A stretch of DNA of 64,000 bases, taken from Diplonema japonicum. Taxonomy: Eukaryota; Protista; Euglenozoa: Diplonemea. This document shows, one piece after another, positions 1-11,079 of this stretch (positions are counted from its first letter, which is position 1; every line of letters begins with the position of its first letter). The translations under genes were made by a program, and so were the position numbers. The notes below the pieces were generated by a model that worked only from the letters and a program-made list of their open reading frames with translations, ran no database searches and was not told the DNA's origin. The stretch covers positions 434,001 to 498,000 of the forward strand of contig OZ025702.1 in the NCBI GenBank assembly GCA_964019335.1, given 5' to 3'.

Positions 1-1
1 C

Positions 2-853
2 AAAGACCTTGTCCCAGAAGCCCCAGAAGGGCATACTATTGAGCTGCAGGACGTCTTCTTCAAGTACCCCACCCGCGAAGCGGAAGTTCTGAAGGGGATC
101 TCGTTCAAGGTCCGTCCAGGTGAGACCGTCGCGCTAGTCGGCCTGTCTGGGGCGGGGAAGTCGACACTCTTCCACCTCCTCGAGAAGTTCTACGACCCCT
201 GCCAGGGCAGCGTTCTCCTCGACGGTATGCCCGTAGCAGACATCGACTCAACGTGGCTGCACTCGAATGTCGCCCTTGTGGGGCAAGAACCCGTCTTGTT
301 TTCGGGAACGATCCGGTCGAACATTCTATACAGCCTTCTGCAACGTCACCCGAACCTCATGAAGCAGATGGAGGAGGACAGTACCCTGCGTGATGAGATG
401 GAGGGAAGGGTGCGGGATGCGGTGCGGCTGGCCAACGCAACGGAGTTTATCTCAAAGCTCCCCGACGAGATGGACACGGAGGTAGGGGAGAAAGGGGCGC
501 AGCTCTCGGGGGGGCAGAAACAGAGGATAGCCATCGCTAGAGCGTTGATCCAGGACCCAGGTGTGCTACTTCTTGACGAAGCGACGTCAGCATTGGACTC
601 AAGCTCGGAACGTGTTGTGCAAAAAGCCTTGGAAGCAGCGGCTAAAGGACGTACTACCTTGGTCATCGCACATCGGTTGTCTACTGTAGCTCGAGCAGAC
701 TGCATCCTTGTCCTTGATGGAGGACGTGTGGTCCAGCAGGGCACCCACGAGGAACTGCTAGCCGCCCCACAGGCTACCGACCCCAACCAGCTCACCTACC
801 GTACCCTCGTCGAGCAGCAGATGCGTCCCCAGCTGGAAATCGAAAAAGAGTAA
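2..853 (+). CDS. ABCB-type (MDR/TAP) ABC transporter, C-terminal nucleotide-binding domain; 5' part lies outside the window
   Basis: Frame open from base 2. Walker A GLSGAGKS, Q-loop VGQEP, signature LSGGQKQR, Walker B LLLDEATSALD, H-loop IAHRL. Confidence 0.95.
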   Translation, partial: KDLVPEAPEGHTIELQDVFFKYPTREAEVLKGISFKVRPGETVALVGLSGAGKSTLFHLLEKFYDPCQGSVLLDGMPVADIDSTWLHSNVALVGQEPVLFSGTIRSNILYSLLQRHPNLMKQMEEDSTLRDEMEGRVRDAVRLANATEFISKLPDEMDTEVGEKGAQLSGGQKQRIAIARALIQDPGVLLLDEATSALDSSSERVVQKALEAAAKGRTTLVIAHRLSTVARADCILVLDGGRVVQQGTHEELLAAPQATDPNQLTYRTLVEQQMRPQLEIEKE

Positions 854-1207
854 TCACTTGAACTTCTTTTTTTAAGAGTTTAAAGTAAGAACATTGGTAA
901 CAGATCAAGGCAAGGGGCGGCCTCACAGTTTTGACCTTTTTGTCTTCTGAGAAAAAAAAAAAAAAAAGCTCCCGCCAACAAGGTTATGGCAGGCGCAGCA
1001 CCTTAACTCAATAATATTCAGTTCTTTTTTTTTTCTTCTTTTTTTTTTAAAGCCAGTGTTCGATTTCGTTCCACGTCTATCCCTTTTGAGACCCGTCCCC
1101 TTCATGGCTATCACGGCGGTTCGGTAAGAAGTTATTCTCTTTTCTTTTCCGGCACCATCGCACCCCTCCCATCCCTTCGTGTTGCAGCGAGATATTTATA
1201 TGCGAAA

Positions 1208-1927
1208 ATGATGAGGCGAACAGCGAAAGCATGCTTCCTACCAAGGAACATCACGAGACAGCTTGTTGAAGGGGAAGCTCTGATGGAGCAAGTGGCTGGG
1301 AGCAAGATTTTAAGCGGTGTTAAGGTGTTTGAAGGTTTCGTGAGCAAAACTGAGGAGCTACGCTTGGCAGAAGAGGCGGGTGTGTGGATGGAGAGCGGGC
1401 ACTGCAAGAAGGGAGAGGTGAATGTGATGGAATTTGCCGGAAAGTCGACAAGAAGAGGCTTAGTCGATATTGTATCACACGCTGATAACAACCAAAGGGT
1501 AAGGGTGGCTGCCACGCAGCATGCCAGGCAAGCTGACACGCTGATGGCGGAGATACGAAGAATGGGGATTATCGAGTCGTCGGTGACTGCTTTTCGGTTC
1601 AAAGAGTACCTGACCCCTACGTCGGGGTCAGCACCTGTCCATAAGTTCCCTTCTTGGCAGGCGCCATTCTTTCTGACCGTCTCTTTGCTGTCGGCGGCCG
1701 TTATGAGGTTCGATCACCACCCCTCAGCGTCGAAGGTGAATGTATACCTCCCTCCACGCTCCCTTCTTGTTTGCGAGGCTCCCGGATCTACCGAATGGTC
1801 GCACTGCATCCCCCGCACGTCCGTTTCATTCAACAGCAAACGTGTCCTTCGTGATTACCGCCTCAGTATAGATTTCTACAAGCTTAACACCGAAGGACAT
1901 GATCTTGTGGACGTAGATGTTGATTGA
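1208..1927 (+). CDS. AlkB-like 2OG-Fe(II) dioxygenase-fold protein, apparently catalytically degenerate, possibly mitochondrial
   Basis: TVSLLS..VMRF, LPPRSLL, WSHCIP and RLSIDF match the AlkB core. No HxD motif. Arg-rich N-terminus. Confidence 0.7.
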   Translation: MMRRTAKACFLPRNITRQLVEGEALMEQVAGSKILSGVKVFEGFVSKTEELRLAEEAGVWMESGHCKKGEVNVMEFAGKSTRRGLVDIVSHADNNQRVRVAATQHARQADTLMAEIRRMGIIESSVTAFRFKEYLTPTSGSAPVHKFPSWQAPFFLTVSLLSAAVMRFDHHPSASKVNVYLPPRSLLVCEAPGSTEWSHCIPRTSVSFNSKRVLRDYRLSIDFYKLNTEGHDLVDVDVD

Positions 1928-2120
1928 TTCCCCTCTCACCCAGATTTTTATTTGATAGAAAGAAAGATTTAAAAGAAACACAGGAGGGTTGCCCCAACTG
2001 AAAAATGCACACGGCACAAAGATCGCGGAAAGTAAGATAGACCAAGTGAATAACAAAGGAGTTTCAAAAGAAAAAGGAAAAAAAAAAGAAAAGTCCCTCC
2101 TGTGCGAGAGACATAATACA

Positions 2121-4019
2121 ATGCTTGATGTGGCAAGCGTCGGGTCAAGGTCCAGTGCGTGGAGCACCAGTACCAGCACGAAAAGCACTGTCAAGGGCCC
2201 GCAGGGGTCGGTGGTGGTGATAAATAGTACGTCGAGCACAAGCTCGCTGTCGGTCGGCGGGCGATGGGCAACGATGACAGCAGTGACGACAGTTGAGAAG
2301 AAGGTATCCGCTGCACCCACACCGCCTGTCCGACAGAAGTTAAAATGGCGGAAAGGCGCCTGCGTAGGGACCGGCGGGTTCGGAAAGGTGTACATTGGCC
2401 TCAACGAGGACACCGGGGAGCTTCTAGCCGTCAAAGAAATTGAATTCCAACACCTTGATCAGAAGGTAGCCACAAGACTGGCAGCGCTACAGCGCGAGAT
2501 CAAGATGATGCGTGAGCTGAAGCACCCCAACATCGTGCGGTACGTGTGCTCGGAGCGTGTGGGCTGCTCCATGAACATCTTCATGGAATACGTCCCTGGT
2601 GGGAGCATTGCCTCTCTTCTCGAGCACTTTGGGAAACTCAATGAGCACGTGGTCTCCATGTACACACGGGACATCACACGCGCCTTGCAATACCTGCACA
2701 ACCACGAGGTGGTGCACAGGGACGTCAAAGCCGCCAACGTCCTCATCAACGTGAAGGGCGATGTGAAACTCGCGGACTTCGGTGCCGCCATGTTCCTCAA
2801 AGAACAAAAGGGTCTTAAAGGTAAAGACATCACCTACGGCACACCCTGCTGGATGTCTCCTGAGGTCATCACCACCGCAGAAGTCGCCTTCTCCGCCGAC
2901 ATATGGTCCCTCGGGTGCACCATCCTGGAGATGCTCACAGGAAGGACTCCCTTCTATCATATCTCTTCAAGCCCGTTTGCCGTTATGCGGTTTGTAGGTG
3001 ATGAGTCTCGCGAAGTGACGCTCCCGCCTGACTTGGAGAGGACGGTGGAATGCGAGGATCTGCTTTTAAACTGCTTAAGAAGGGTTCCTTCGGAACGGCT
3101 GACAACGTTGGGCGTCTTGAAGCACGCGTTCAACGACAGACCGGACCCCGTTGACTGGGAAGAGGACTCCCACTCGGAAAGCGAGCCGCCCACATCAAAG
3201 GTCCTATCGCCAGAGGATACAGTACTGACCGACTTCCCTGTGATGACACCGCATGCGTTGAACATAGATGGTTCACCGGATACAAAGTACGCGCCAACCG
3301 TATCAGAACACGGTGAGAGCTTGGTGATGTCGTTGGATGACAGGAAGGGGTCGAGAAGGAAGCTGAAGATGTTGCCGAAGAGTATGTTTAACTCACCGGG
3401 GCTTGTGCGGACGTCGAGCAGTGCATCGGGGAACGCAGTTGGGAAGCAGCCGAGTTCCGACAAGGTGGGGTGCAGCGTGGGGACACTATCCCCCACGACA
3501 TCGTACGCAACAGACTTCGGGAGGGGCAGCACATATAGAACGAACCCTGTAAGGGCGAGCAAGACTATGCCGCCCGAGCATCATCGCATAGCACAGTGTT
3601 TGATAAGCAGTTGTTTGAGGTATTTTTTTTTTTTTTTTTAAACCGTACCTCCCACCCTTCAGCCTCAACGGTATTGATTTTGACGATGACGACATGGAGA
3701 CCATCATCTCGGGGAGGGCGCGGACTAACTTCAACGATGGCAGCCGTCGTGTGTCGCAGCAAGGCAGCCCGACCTCCACGGTCCTTCCCTTCACATCGAG
3801 GGAAATGTCTGTTGTGTCAGAAATGACCCCTACACCGAACGCTACCAAACAAGAGGTTTTTTTTTTTTTTTCTTTTTTTCCCGAATCACTTTATAGATAC
3901 ATGACTGTGTTACGCAAATGCTGGCGAGGAATATTGCTGAGCAACCTCTTGAGCAGCACGTGGTGCACCTTGATGCCGAATGTCCGTCGCAGTCGCCTGC
4001 TTTCACCTATAAGGAGAAG
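2121..4019 (+). CDS. STE11/NPK1-like MAP kinase kinase kinase; exons 2121-3619, 3663-3855, 3897->4019; 3' end uncertain
   Basis: W.KG..VG.GGFGKVY, AVKE, HRDVKAAN, DFG, GTPCWMSPE. Introns 3620-3662 and 3856-3896 (GT..AG) join the downstream ORF pieces in frame. Confidence 0.9.
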
Positions 4020-4204
4020 GTTTTCATGATATGTGGAAGGGCGTATAAAAGATCGGTGTGTGGAGTGGGAGAAAAGGGGTGGGGGGAGTGTAATAATAAT
4101 AACAATAAAAGGTGGTTTTTCAAGTGGTTTGCGTGGTTTTCCTTGTGGCAACGATTCTGGTACTCTTTCCTATTGTCTTGTTGGAAAAGTTTAAGTGAGG
4201 GGAG

Positions 4205-4241
<37 letters not shown>

Positions 4242-5862
4242 CTTCCTTTCTCCCCTGCCATTCTTAGTTCTTTCTTCCCCTTCAAATAGGTCTTCCAACT
4301 CAAATCTGCGTGGTAAAAAGAGGAAAAAAAAAAAAAAGAAAACAAAAAGATTTTTTTAAAACTCTTTTCCCTCTTTTTTTTTCTTCTTCTTTTTTTCCCG
4401 CCTGCGTGGTAAAGAAAAAGAAAAGAAAAAAAAAAGAATACCTTTGTGTTGTTACTTTTCTATTAAACAGCTCCAAACTGCGTTTCTTCGTACCCTCCAT
4501 AGCTTTTTTTTTTCTTTTCTTTTTGCTGTTGCAGGCCAGCCTCCTGTGTCAATGGATTTTATCACAAATCTTATTTTTTTTTTTGCTCAGTAAAAGTCAC
4601 ACACCCCCCCCCCCCCCCCCCCCTCTCATTCTCTCTCCATTTAACTGCCTCCTTCCCCCTTGCATCGCTTTTGCCTTGAAACTCTTTCTTGTGGGACTTA
4701 GGTATGAGTAACAAAGAAGAAGCAAAGAGAAGAAAAGAGGCCAAAAATGGACAAGTTTTCCACACTTGGTTCTTTCTTGAGGCGAAGAAGAAGAAAAAAA
4801 AAGAAGGAAAAAAAAAAAAAGGAAAGAAACGAGACCGTGCAACGTCCCCCCTTTTTAAAAAAAAAAATTAAAAATCTCTATTTTTCTGTCTATAAAGGGA
4901 CGGGTGTTTCTTATTCAGGTTTTTTTTTATTCAAGAATGGAAAAAAAAAAAAAATAAGAAAAAAAGAGAGAACCCCCCCCCCCCCCCCCCGCCTCCCTTC
5001 CCCCCTTTTTTTTTTGGTTTTTGTTCCTTCTACTCTGGTTAGTTTTGTGTTATATTTCTGGCTTTTCTCTTTCTTCTTTTTTTCTTCTTTTCCTTGGAAC
5101 TTCGGAGTAGTGGCTTGGTTTGGCTGGGGTACTGTGGGGAAGGGTGCTCGCTTTGAACGGCCTTTTCCCCAGAAAGAGACAGCACAAGGCGACCTGATTT
5201 TTTTTTTTTTTTTTTTGTAAGCCTTTGTGTGTAGCTACAGTATCTTCTTCTTTTCTTTTTTTTTTTTTTTTTTTTCGGTTCTACCATTAGTGTGTTTTTT
5301 TTTTTTTCCCTCCTTTTTTATGTCCGTATTCCCCCTTGCGACGGGCCGGCCTGGCTAACTACGTAAATCTTTTTTTTTTTAAACTCAAAACTTTCTTATT
5401 GCGTGGCCCCTTTCCGACAGACTTTGAAGTCCCTTATGGGTTAAATTAAACGAAGTAGGTCGCACCTCTCTTTTCTTTTCTTCTTCTTTTTTTCTTTTAC
5501 GCATTCTTCATTTTTGGCAACTTTCGTCACTGCCGCGATGCAGGATTTTAGGCTTAGCGTCCCCAGTACACACATCCCATCCCCTTTTTCTTTTCTTTTT
5601 TTTTTTTTTCCCCCACGAAGAGCCAAGGTGCAAAGTAACAAACAAACAATAAAAAAAACAAAAAAAACAAAAAACAAAAAAAAGAGCACTGACACCAAGA
5701 AGCTTACAAAAAAGAGGATTGGAAAAGAAGAAAAGAAATTCACAAAGAAAAATAGCTAGTTACAGCCAACAAGTATTGACTTTTACCCCCCGTACCTCGA
5801 GACCCGCTTTGTTCACTGTGACAGGGCCCGAGACGGTAAAAAAACGCGGAACCGAGAGGACG

Positions 5863-5911
<49 letters not shown>

Positions 5912-6370
5912 ATTTCTTGGCGGTAGGTAAGTAGTTTTATCTGTTCACATGTTCTTTTTCTCTCTCCTCTCGTTCTTTCTTTTTTCCTGATTGCAGGATG
6001 GCTTTGCTCCTGGACTCTGGTTACAGAGCAGGACACTATGTGTGACATGCCATATGTGGCACCTTGAGTGCATCGGGTATCGAGGCTGCTCCGGAGTTGC
6101 CCAACTAGAAAAGGTGGAAAAAAAGGTAGTGAAAGTCATAGTCAAATGAAAAAAAAAAAAAAAAAAAAAGACGAAAGAAGAAATAAAAGCACACGCACTA
6201 CCCCATATTGCTGTTGAGATACGCTGGCCCGATGGGCTCTCTCTCCATCAGTAGGGTAAAACTACGGAGAGGGTGTCTGGCTGTTGCTTACTTAGTTCTA
6301 TTTTTTTTTTTTTTTTTTTTTTGAGGAACCCATGGAGAGACCCACTGAACAAAATATCGTTGAGCAGGGG

Positions 6371-6398
<28 letters not shown>

Positions 6399-6401
<3 letters not shown>

Positions 6402-8422
6402 AAATTAGCGCGCTTAGTCATACCAACTGCATTGCCGCACAAACGATCGCAGGCACGGTGGAAGTCGGAAGAACGAATAAAAAATGATGTGAACGACGAT
6501 GAGACGGTGGAAAATGAGTTTGAAAAACTGCGAAAAAAAACGGCAGAGGACGACCGAGACGCGTCGGCTCTAGCACAAGTAGACAACATAAGGGAAGAGA
6601 TCGAAGGGTGGGGCGACAACCGCGGGGAGCAACGTGACGAAATTCTACTGTACGAACCCAAACCGCTGTACGTTGTTCGCCAAAGCAAGCAAGAATCTGG
6701 CGGCATGCTCTTCAGAGACTTCATGCACGCCTGCATGTGGGGCCTACCCAACCGATTCAGATCCCAAAAAGGTTTTTTACAACGAGCCCGTTTGCAGGAC
6801 CTCAACATGATGCTTGACAAAATGTATGACACAGACTTCAGGGAAATGGAAGGTGGCGTTTTCATTGAAGAAGTGATGCGGCTGAAGATTGAACCAATGC
6901 TCCGCCCCCGCATCCCTTCTCTGCTAAACCCCCAGTTCGGACGCACTTTACTAAACTATTTCCTTAAACAAATGGAACGGTTGAACATGAAACGCCTTAT
7001 CATCTACGAGGTCTGGGGGCACAACGGCCAGACCGCTCTTTCCATTCTCGACATCCTTGAAGAGGAATACCCCCATATATACTCCACTTGTGAGTACCAC
7101 ATGGTAGATGTCCTTGGTGCATGGATGACACACCGAGACTCTGTTATAAAAGCTCATCATTATGATCATTATTTTGAACATCATATTTCTTTTTTCGACT
7201 GGGAGGTTATGGTTCCCGATCGGGTTTTTTTTGTGTGTTTGGAAGCGTTGTCGTATCTTCCTTTCGATCGCGTTGACGTGGTGAAATCCAGTCACCGTGG
7301 GTCCACGCAGTTTAACTTCTACGAGTTGTGCATGTGTGAAGACATCAACCCCGACGACCGCATGGAATACTCCCCTTACGGTTTGTACAGCAAGATCCGT
7401 AGCAAGGATTGGTACCGGCCTCTCCAAGACGGTCTCATCATGGAATACCTCCGCCATGTTGATATGGGTTACTTCACAAAGGAGAGGCTTGAACAGCATC
7501 GATACGACTGTTTGTACGGTGATGGTGACAATCTTGGCGATGTTTCAGAAATGAAGGCGTTTAAACGTTACAATCCGGCGATAGGTAAGCTTAAAAGTGG
7601 GGCAACTCATGAAGAGGCGGCATACCACAAGATGGGAATGCTCAACAATCAGTTCTGGGTGCCCTCCATGCAGGTCTCTCTTTTCGACGTTTTGAGAAAA
7701 TACTTCCCGAGGCACATATTTGTGTGCTTGGACCAGACCGACCAGCACACGTTTATTCCCGGTGTGAAGGCACCCACCATGAGGCAGTATTTCGGAGGGA
7801 CATATTATGATATGCGGCATTACTACCTTCATGAGAACATGATGGGTGTTACGGATTGTAGGCTGAATATTAGTTTCGACGATGTACGCACCTTGTACTA
7901 CGGGATGATGGAGCTTCCCCCCGGGCACCCCCTGCACCTGCGGTGTGTTTCCCTTCGTGCGTTCTTCGAGGAGTACGCGTCTGAAGATATCATGAAGGCT
8001 ATTACTGTCGGCAAAGAGGGCAACAGGTACAGCCAGCCCGTCGATCAGTTCATGGGTGGGAAGCTCTTAGTTACTGAATTCGGTGCTGATTTGGAGGACA
8101 TTCAAGACAAGCCCATCGACGTGGCAATCTGCAAAGGCCACTGGCGGCAGAGGGCGTATGTTTTTTGAAAAATAAAAGAAAAAATTTAAAAAAAAAAAAA
8201 AACCTTAGTTACAACACAATATGCAAGTATCTCAAGAAAGCGCGCATCCTCAGCGACGACTCTCTGTGGGACCTCTCTTCCCGCGACATGGAGAAGAGCC
8301 CGAAGCAGGTGCTGGACCCGACCCCCGTCAGGGAGGCCATCGGGCCCAACCCTACCTTCCTTCAGCTGGATCAACCTATCGGCTACAAGGCAGACAAGGA
8401 TCACCAATTTTTAGAGCAGTGA
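6399..8422 (+). CDS. MidA/NDUFAF7-family (DUF185) SAM-methyltransferase-like mitochondrial protein; exons 6399-8155, 8209-8422
   Basis: MLFRDFM, LIIYEVWGHNGQTALSILD, SFFDW..V..RVFFVCLE and LRKYFPRH match the family. Intron 8156-8208 (GTATGT..TTAG) attaches the 8165-8422 ORF in frame. Confidence 0.75.
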
Positions 8423-8543
8423 ATTTAAAATTTTTTTTGGGAGGATTTCTTTTTTTACGATAATATTGACCTCCTCTTCCTTTCCCCCTTTTCCCCCTTT
8501 CCCTACTGTTCTTCACGTAGCACCGCAGGTCAGTTGGGTGGCG

Positions 8544-9615
8544 ATGTCTGCTCAGTCAACAGCGGCCAATGCGATACCTTCTTCAGACCCGCTCAGCAGG
8601 CTTTACTCTTTCCCTGCGGACAGCAGGTTTTGGAAGTCGTTGGTGCAAGAGGCACGGATGTACCCTGGGGCGACACGGAAGCCGCACTTCCATGTGGACT
8701 GTCCGGCGGCAAAGGTAGGAATGCTGATCAACAAGCTGTTTTTGCGGCAATTTGTGGTCGGGTGGGAAAAGGCAAACCCGCACGTGGTGGTGATGAAAGA
8801 CGCACAAGGGCAAGACACCACCTACCACGGGTCAAGGGAGTTCTGGGGGGGCGAGGCAGACGACATCCACCACATCACAGACTACGAGAAGCACTACATA
8901 AGAGAAAACGAGGGAACGGGCACCGATACACATATACACCAAGACGGGACGGCGTACTACCCAGGGGACTACGAAGGGTATGGGGGGGGTGGGCACATCG
9001 ACACCTCACCGCAAGACACTGCCTACAACAGCTACAACGTAGCGTCTATAGGCAGCACTGGGACAAGGTGCGCACACTGTGGAAATGAGGCACAGACACA
9101 AGCAACAGAGCATCTCAGCCCGAGCGCCGTGTCCCCTCAGTACGCTCAGCAGCACCAACAGCTGATGACATCATCATCACCATCACAGTCGATGTCGCCC
9201 TCCCCGCAAGGGGGTCGTGTGATAGGCTCCCCTGCAAGCATACCGTTGCACGAGAAGCTTCGGAGGGCGCAGGCGAGCTACGACACGTGGAAGACGTCCC
9301 AGTCACCTGGTAGTGTGTCGCCCCGTGCCGTGTCATTTAGCCCGATGGCAAGGGCGCAGAGCTCTCCAAGGATGGTGCAGGTGCAACCGCAGGCATATGT
9401 ACAGCAACGGCATTACTCCTCCCCCGCAGCTTCACCAGTTCCGCAGAGTGTGGTGTACCAACAGAGGGAGTCTGACCTAGAAAAGCGCGTGCGTGCCTTG
9501 GAGATGGGGGTCGCGTCTTTCGAGGTGTGCTTGTGGGAAAAAAAAAGAAAAAGAAAGAAAAGAAAAAAAAAAAAAAAAAAAACAGGCTGATTTCCGTACC
9601 CAGGAGCGCCGCTAA
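8544..9615 (+). CDS. Hypothetical protein, Ser/Pro/Gln-rich C-half ending in a coiled coil; exons 8544-9524, 9586-9615
   Basis: Coding-like composition. Poly-A-filled intron 9525-9585 (GTGTGC..ACAG) yields the C-terminus ..SFEADFRTQERR*. Confidence 0.65.
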
Positions 9616-10432
9616 CGTGGGGCTTATTATTGTTTTTTTTTTTTTTTTCTTTCTTTTGTGAACGAACAATGAGCGCTTTTTTTCTTTTTTTCTTTTTTTA
9701 CTCTATCCGGCTTTTTCATAAATTGCTGTAAAAGTAGTGGATAGCGTAGAAGGCTACGAAAGGGAACAGGCTTGAGGGTACTTGAGCTTTGTGTACCTTA
9801 GCATGTTTGAAGGTCATCCCTTTTTTTTGATTGTATGTCAACCCTCTTTTCGACCCCCCCCCTAATGGAAAACAGTAAGAAAACGTGGGGGAAGGAAAAA
9901 GAAAAAAAAGAAGGTTTTGAAAAAATAAAGTTCTCCTATTCTCTCTGTGAAAAAATTCCTCTTTCAACAATGAGATCATGAATTGAAATTTTTTAAAAAA
10001 AAAAAGGAAATGGTGTTTTTTTTTTTTTTTTTTTTCTTCTTTCTTTCATTCTTGAAGAACCGTGGATTGTTGTTGTTGTTTTTTTTTTCCCCCCATTCTT
10101 CGTATCCTCCTTCACGAGCCTCGCTACGCCTGCGCTTATCTCAGTCACCGCTCCCTCCGCCCTTTCAATTAGGATCCCTGTATCACAGCTGATCATTTTA
10201 AGCCTCCGCCTTCCGTTTTGAAGCACAGCCTCTCCAGCGTGTTCCGCTCCCACGGTTGGATGGCTGCCTTCCTGTGCAGTGGCGCCCGTGTATATTATTT
10301 CATCTTCAGGTCTGCTCTCGTTTGCCCCCCCGCCTTGGAACCACGATCGCTCTTCCTTTCACCTTGAGCCACCAGCTGTCCGGTCTCGGGAAGGGAAAAA
10401 AAAAAAAAAAAAAAAAAAGGAGGGGGGGAGAA

Positions 10433-10968
10433 ATGGCAGAAAGAAGAAGGCTCAGACCAGAAGGAGATGGCGCAGATGCTTCGCAAACCGTTGAAATAGA
10501 CGATGGGGCGAATGTTGCATACAGCACAGTGAAGAAATGGGATGGAAAATGGGAGAGGATTAAGGTATGGAAAAAAGATATTACACAAAAAAAACCTTCT
10601 TTTTAAAAGGTCTACGACTTAGATGCACCTGGGTGGATTTTCAAATGGCTGAACCCAAGAAACCCGGCAAAGGCACGACGAAGACTGGGCAACTTGTACT
10701 GGAAATGCCTGAAGCGATACGTAATGGCGGTGAATTTGCTCTTTTTTGGAATAGTCTTTATGACTATTGGACTGGTCTGCCACGGGACTTGTACGGAGTC
10801 GGACAGGGCATGGGTGTGTAAGCTTCCCCCCCTTTAAACAAACCACAGGCTTTCATGTTTATAGGAACACTGCAGCTTTTGCCTGGTGCCTACGCGTCCA
10901 CTATTTTGTTTAAATACGTTTGCTGCAACCCAGAGTACTCGTGGAAGATGTTGCCCGAACCCTCATAG
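10433..10968 (+). CDS. TMEM230/TMEM134 (DUF872)-like two-TM protein; exons 10433-10564, 10610-10813, 10849-10968
   Basis: Spliced product ..AVNLLFFGIVFMTIGLVC..SDRAWAFMFIGTLQLLPGAYASTILFKYVCCNPEYSWKMLPEPS* has the DUF872 pattern (TM, DR, TM-PGxY, YSxxxxP). Both introns are phase-0 GT-AG. Not present as one ORF in the track. Confidence 0.8.
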
Positions 10969-11079
10969 AGGTGATAGAGTTTTTTACAAGGTTTATTTGT
11001 GCTCCCCGGGGTCTTCCTTCAATTTTCTTTCTTCAAGGTACGACCCTCCCCCTCTTCTTCTTCTGTCTTCACCAATGCG

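Noticed and set aside
4000-6150. Many Phe/Lys-rich ORFs here and in other spacers
   Set aside because: They are translations of poly-T/poly-A tracts with no coding signal.
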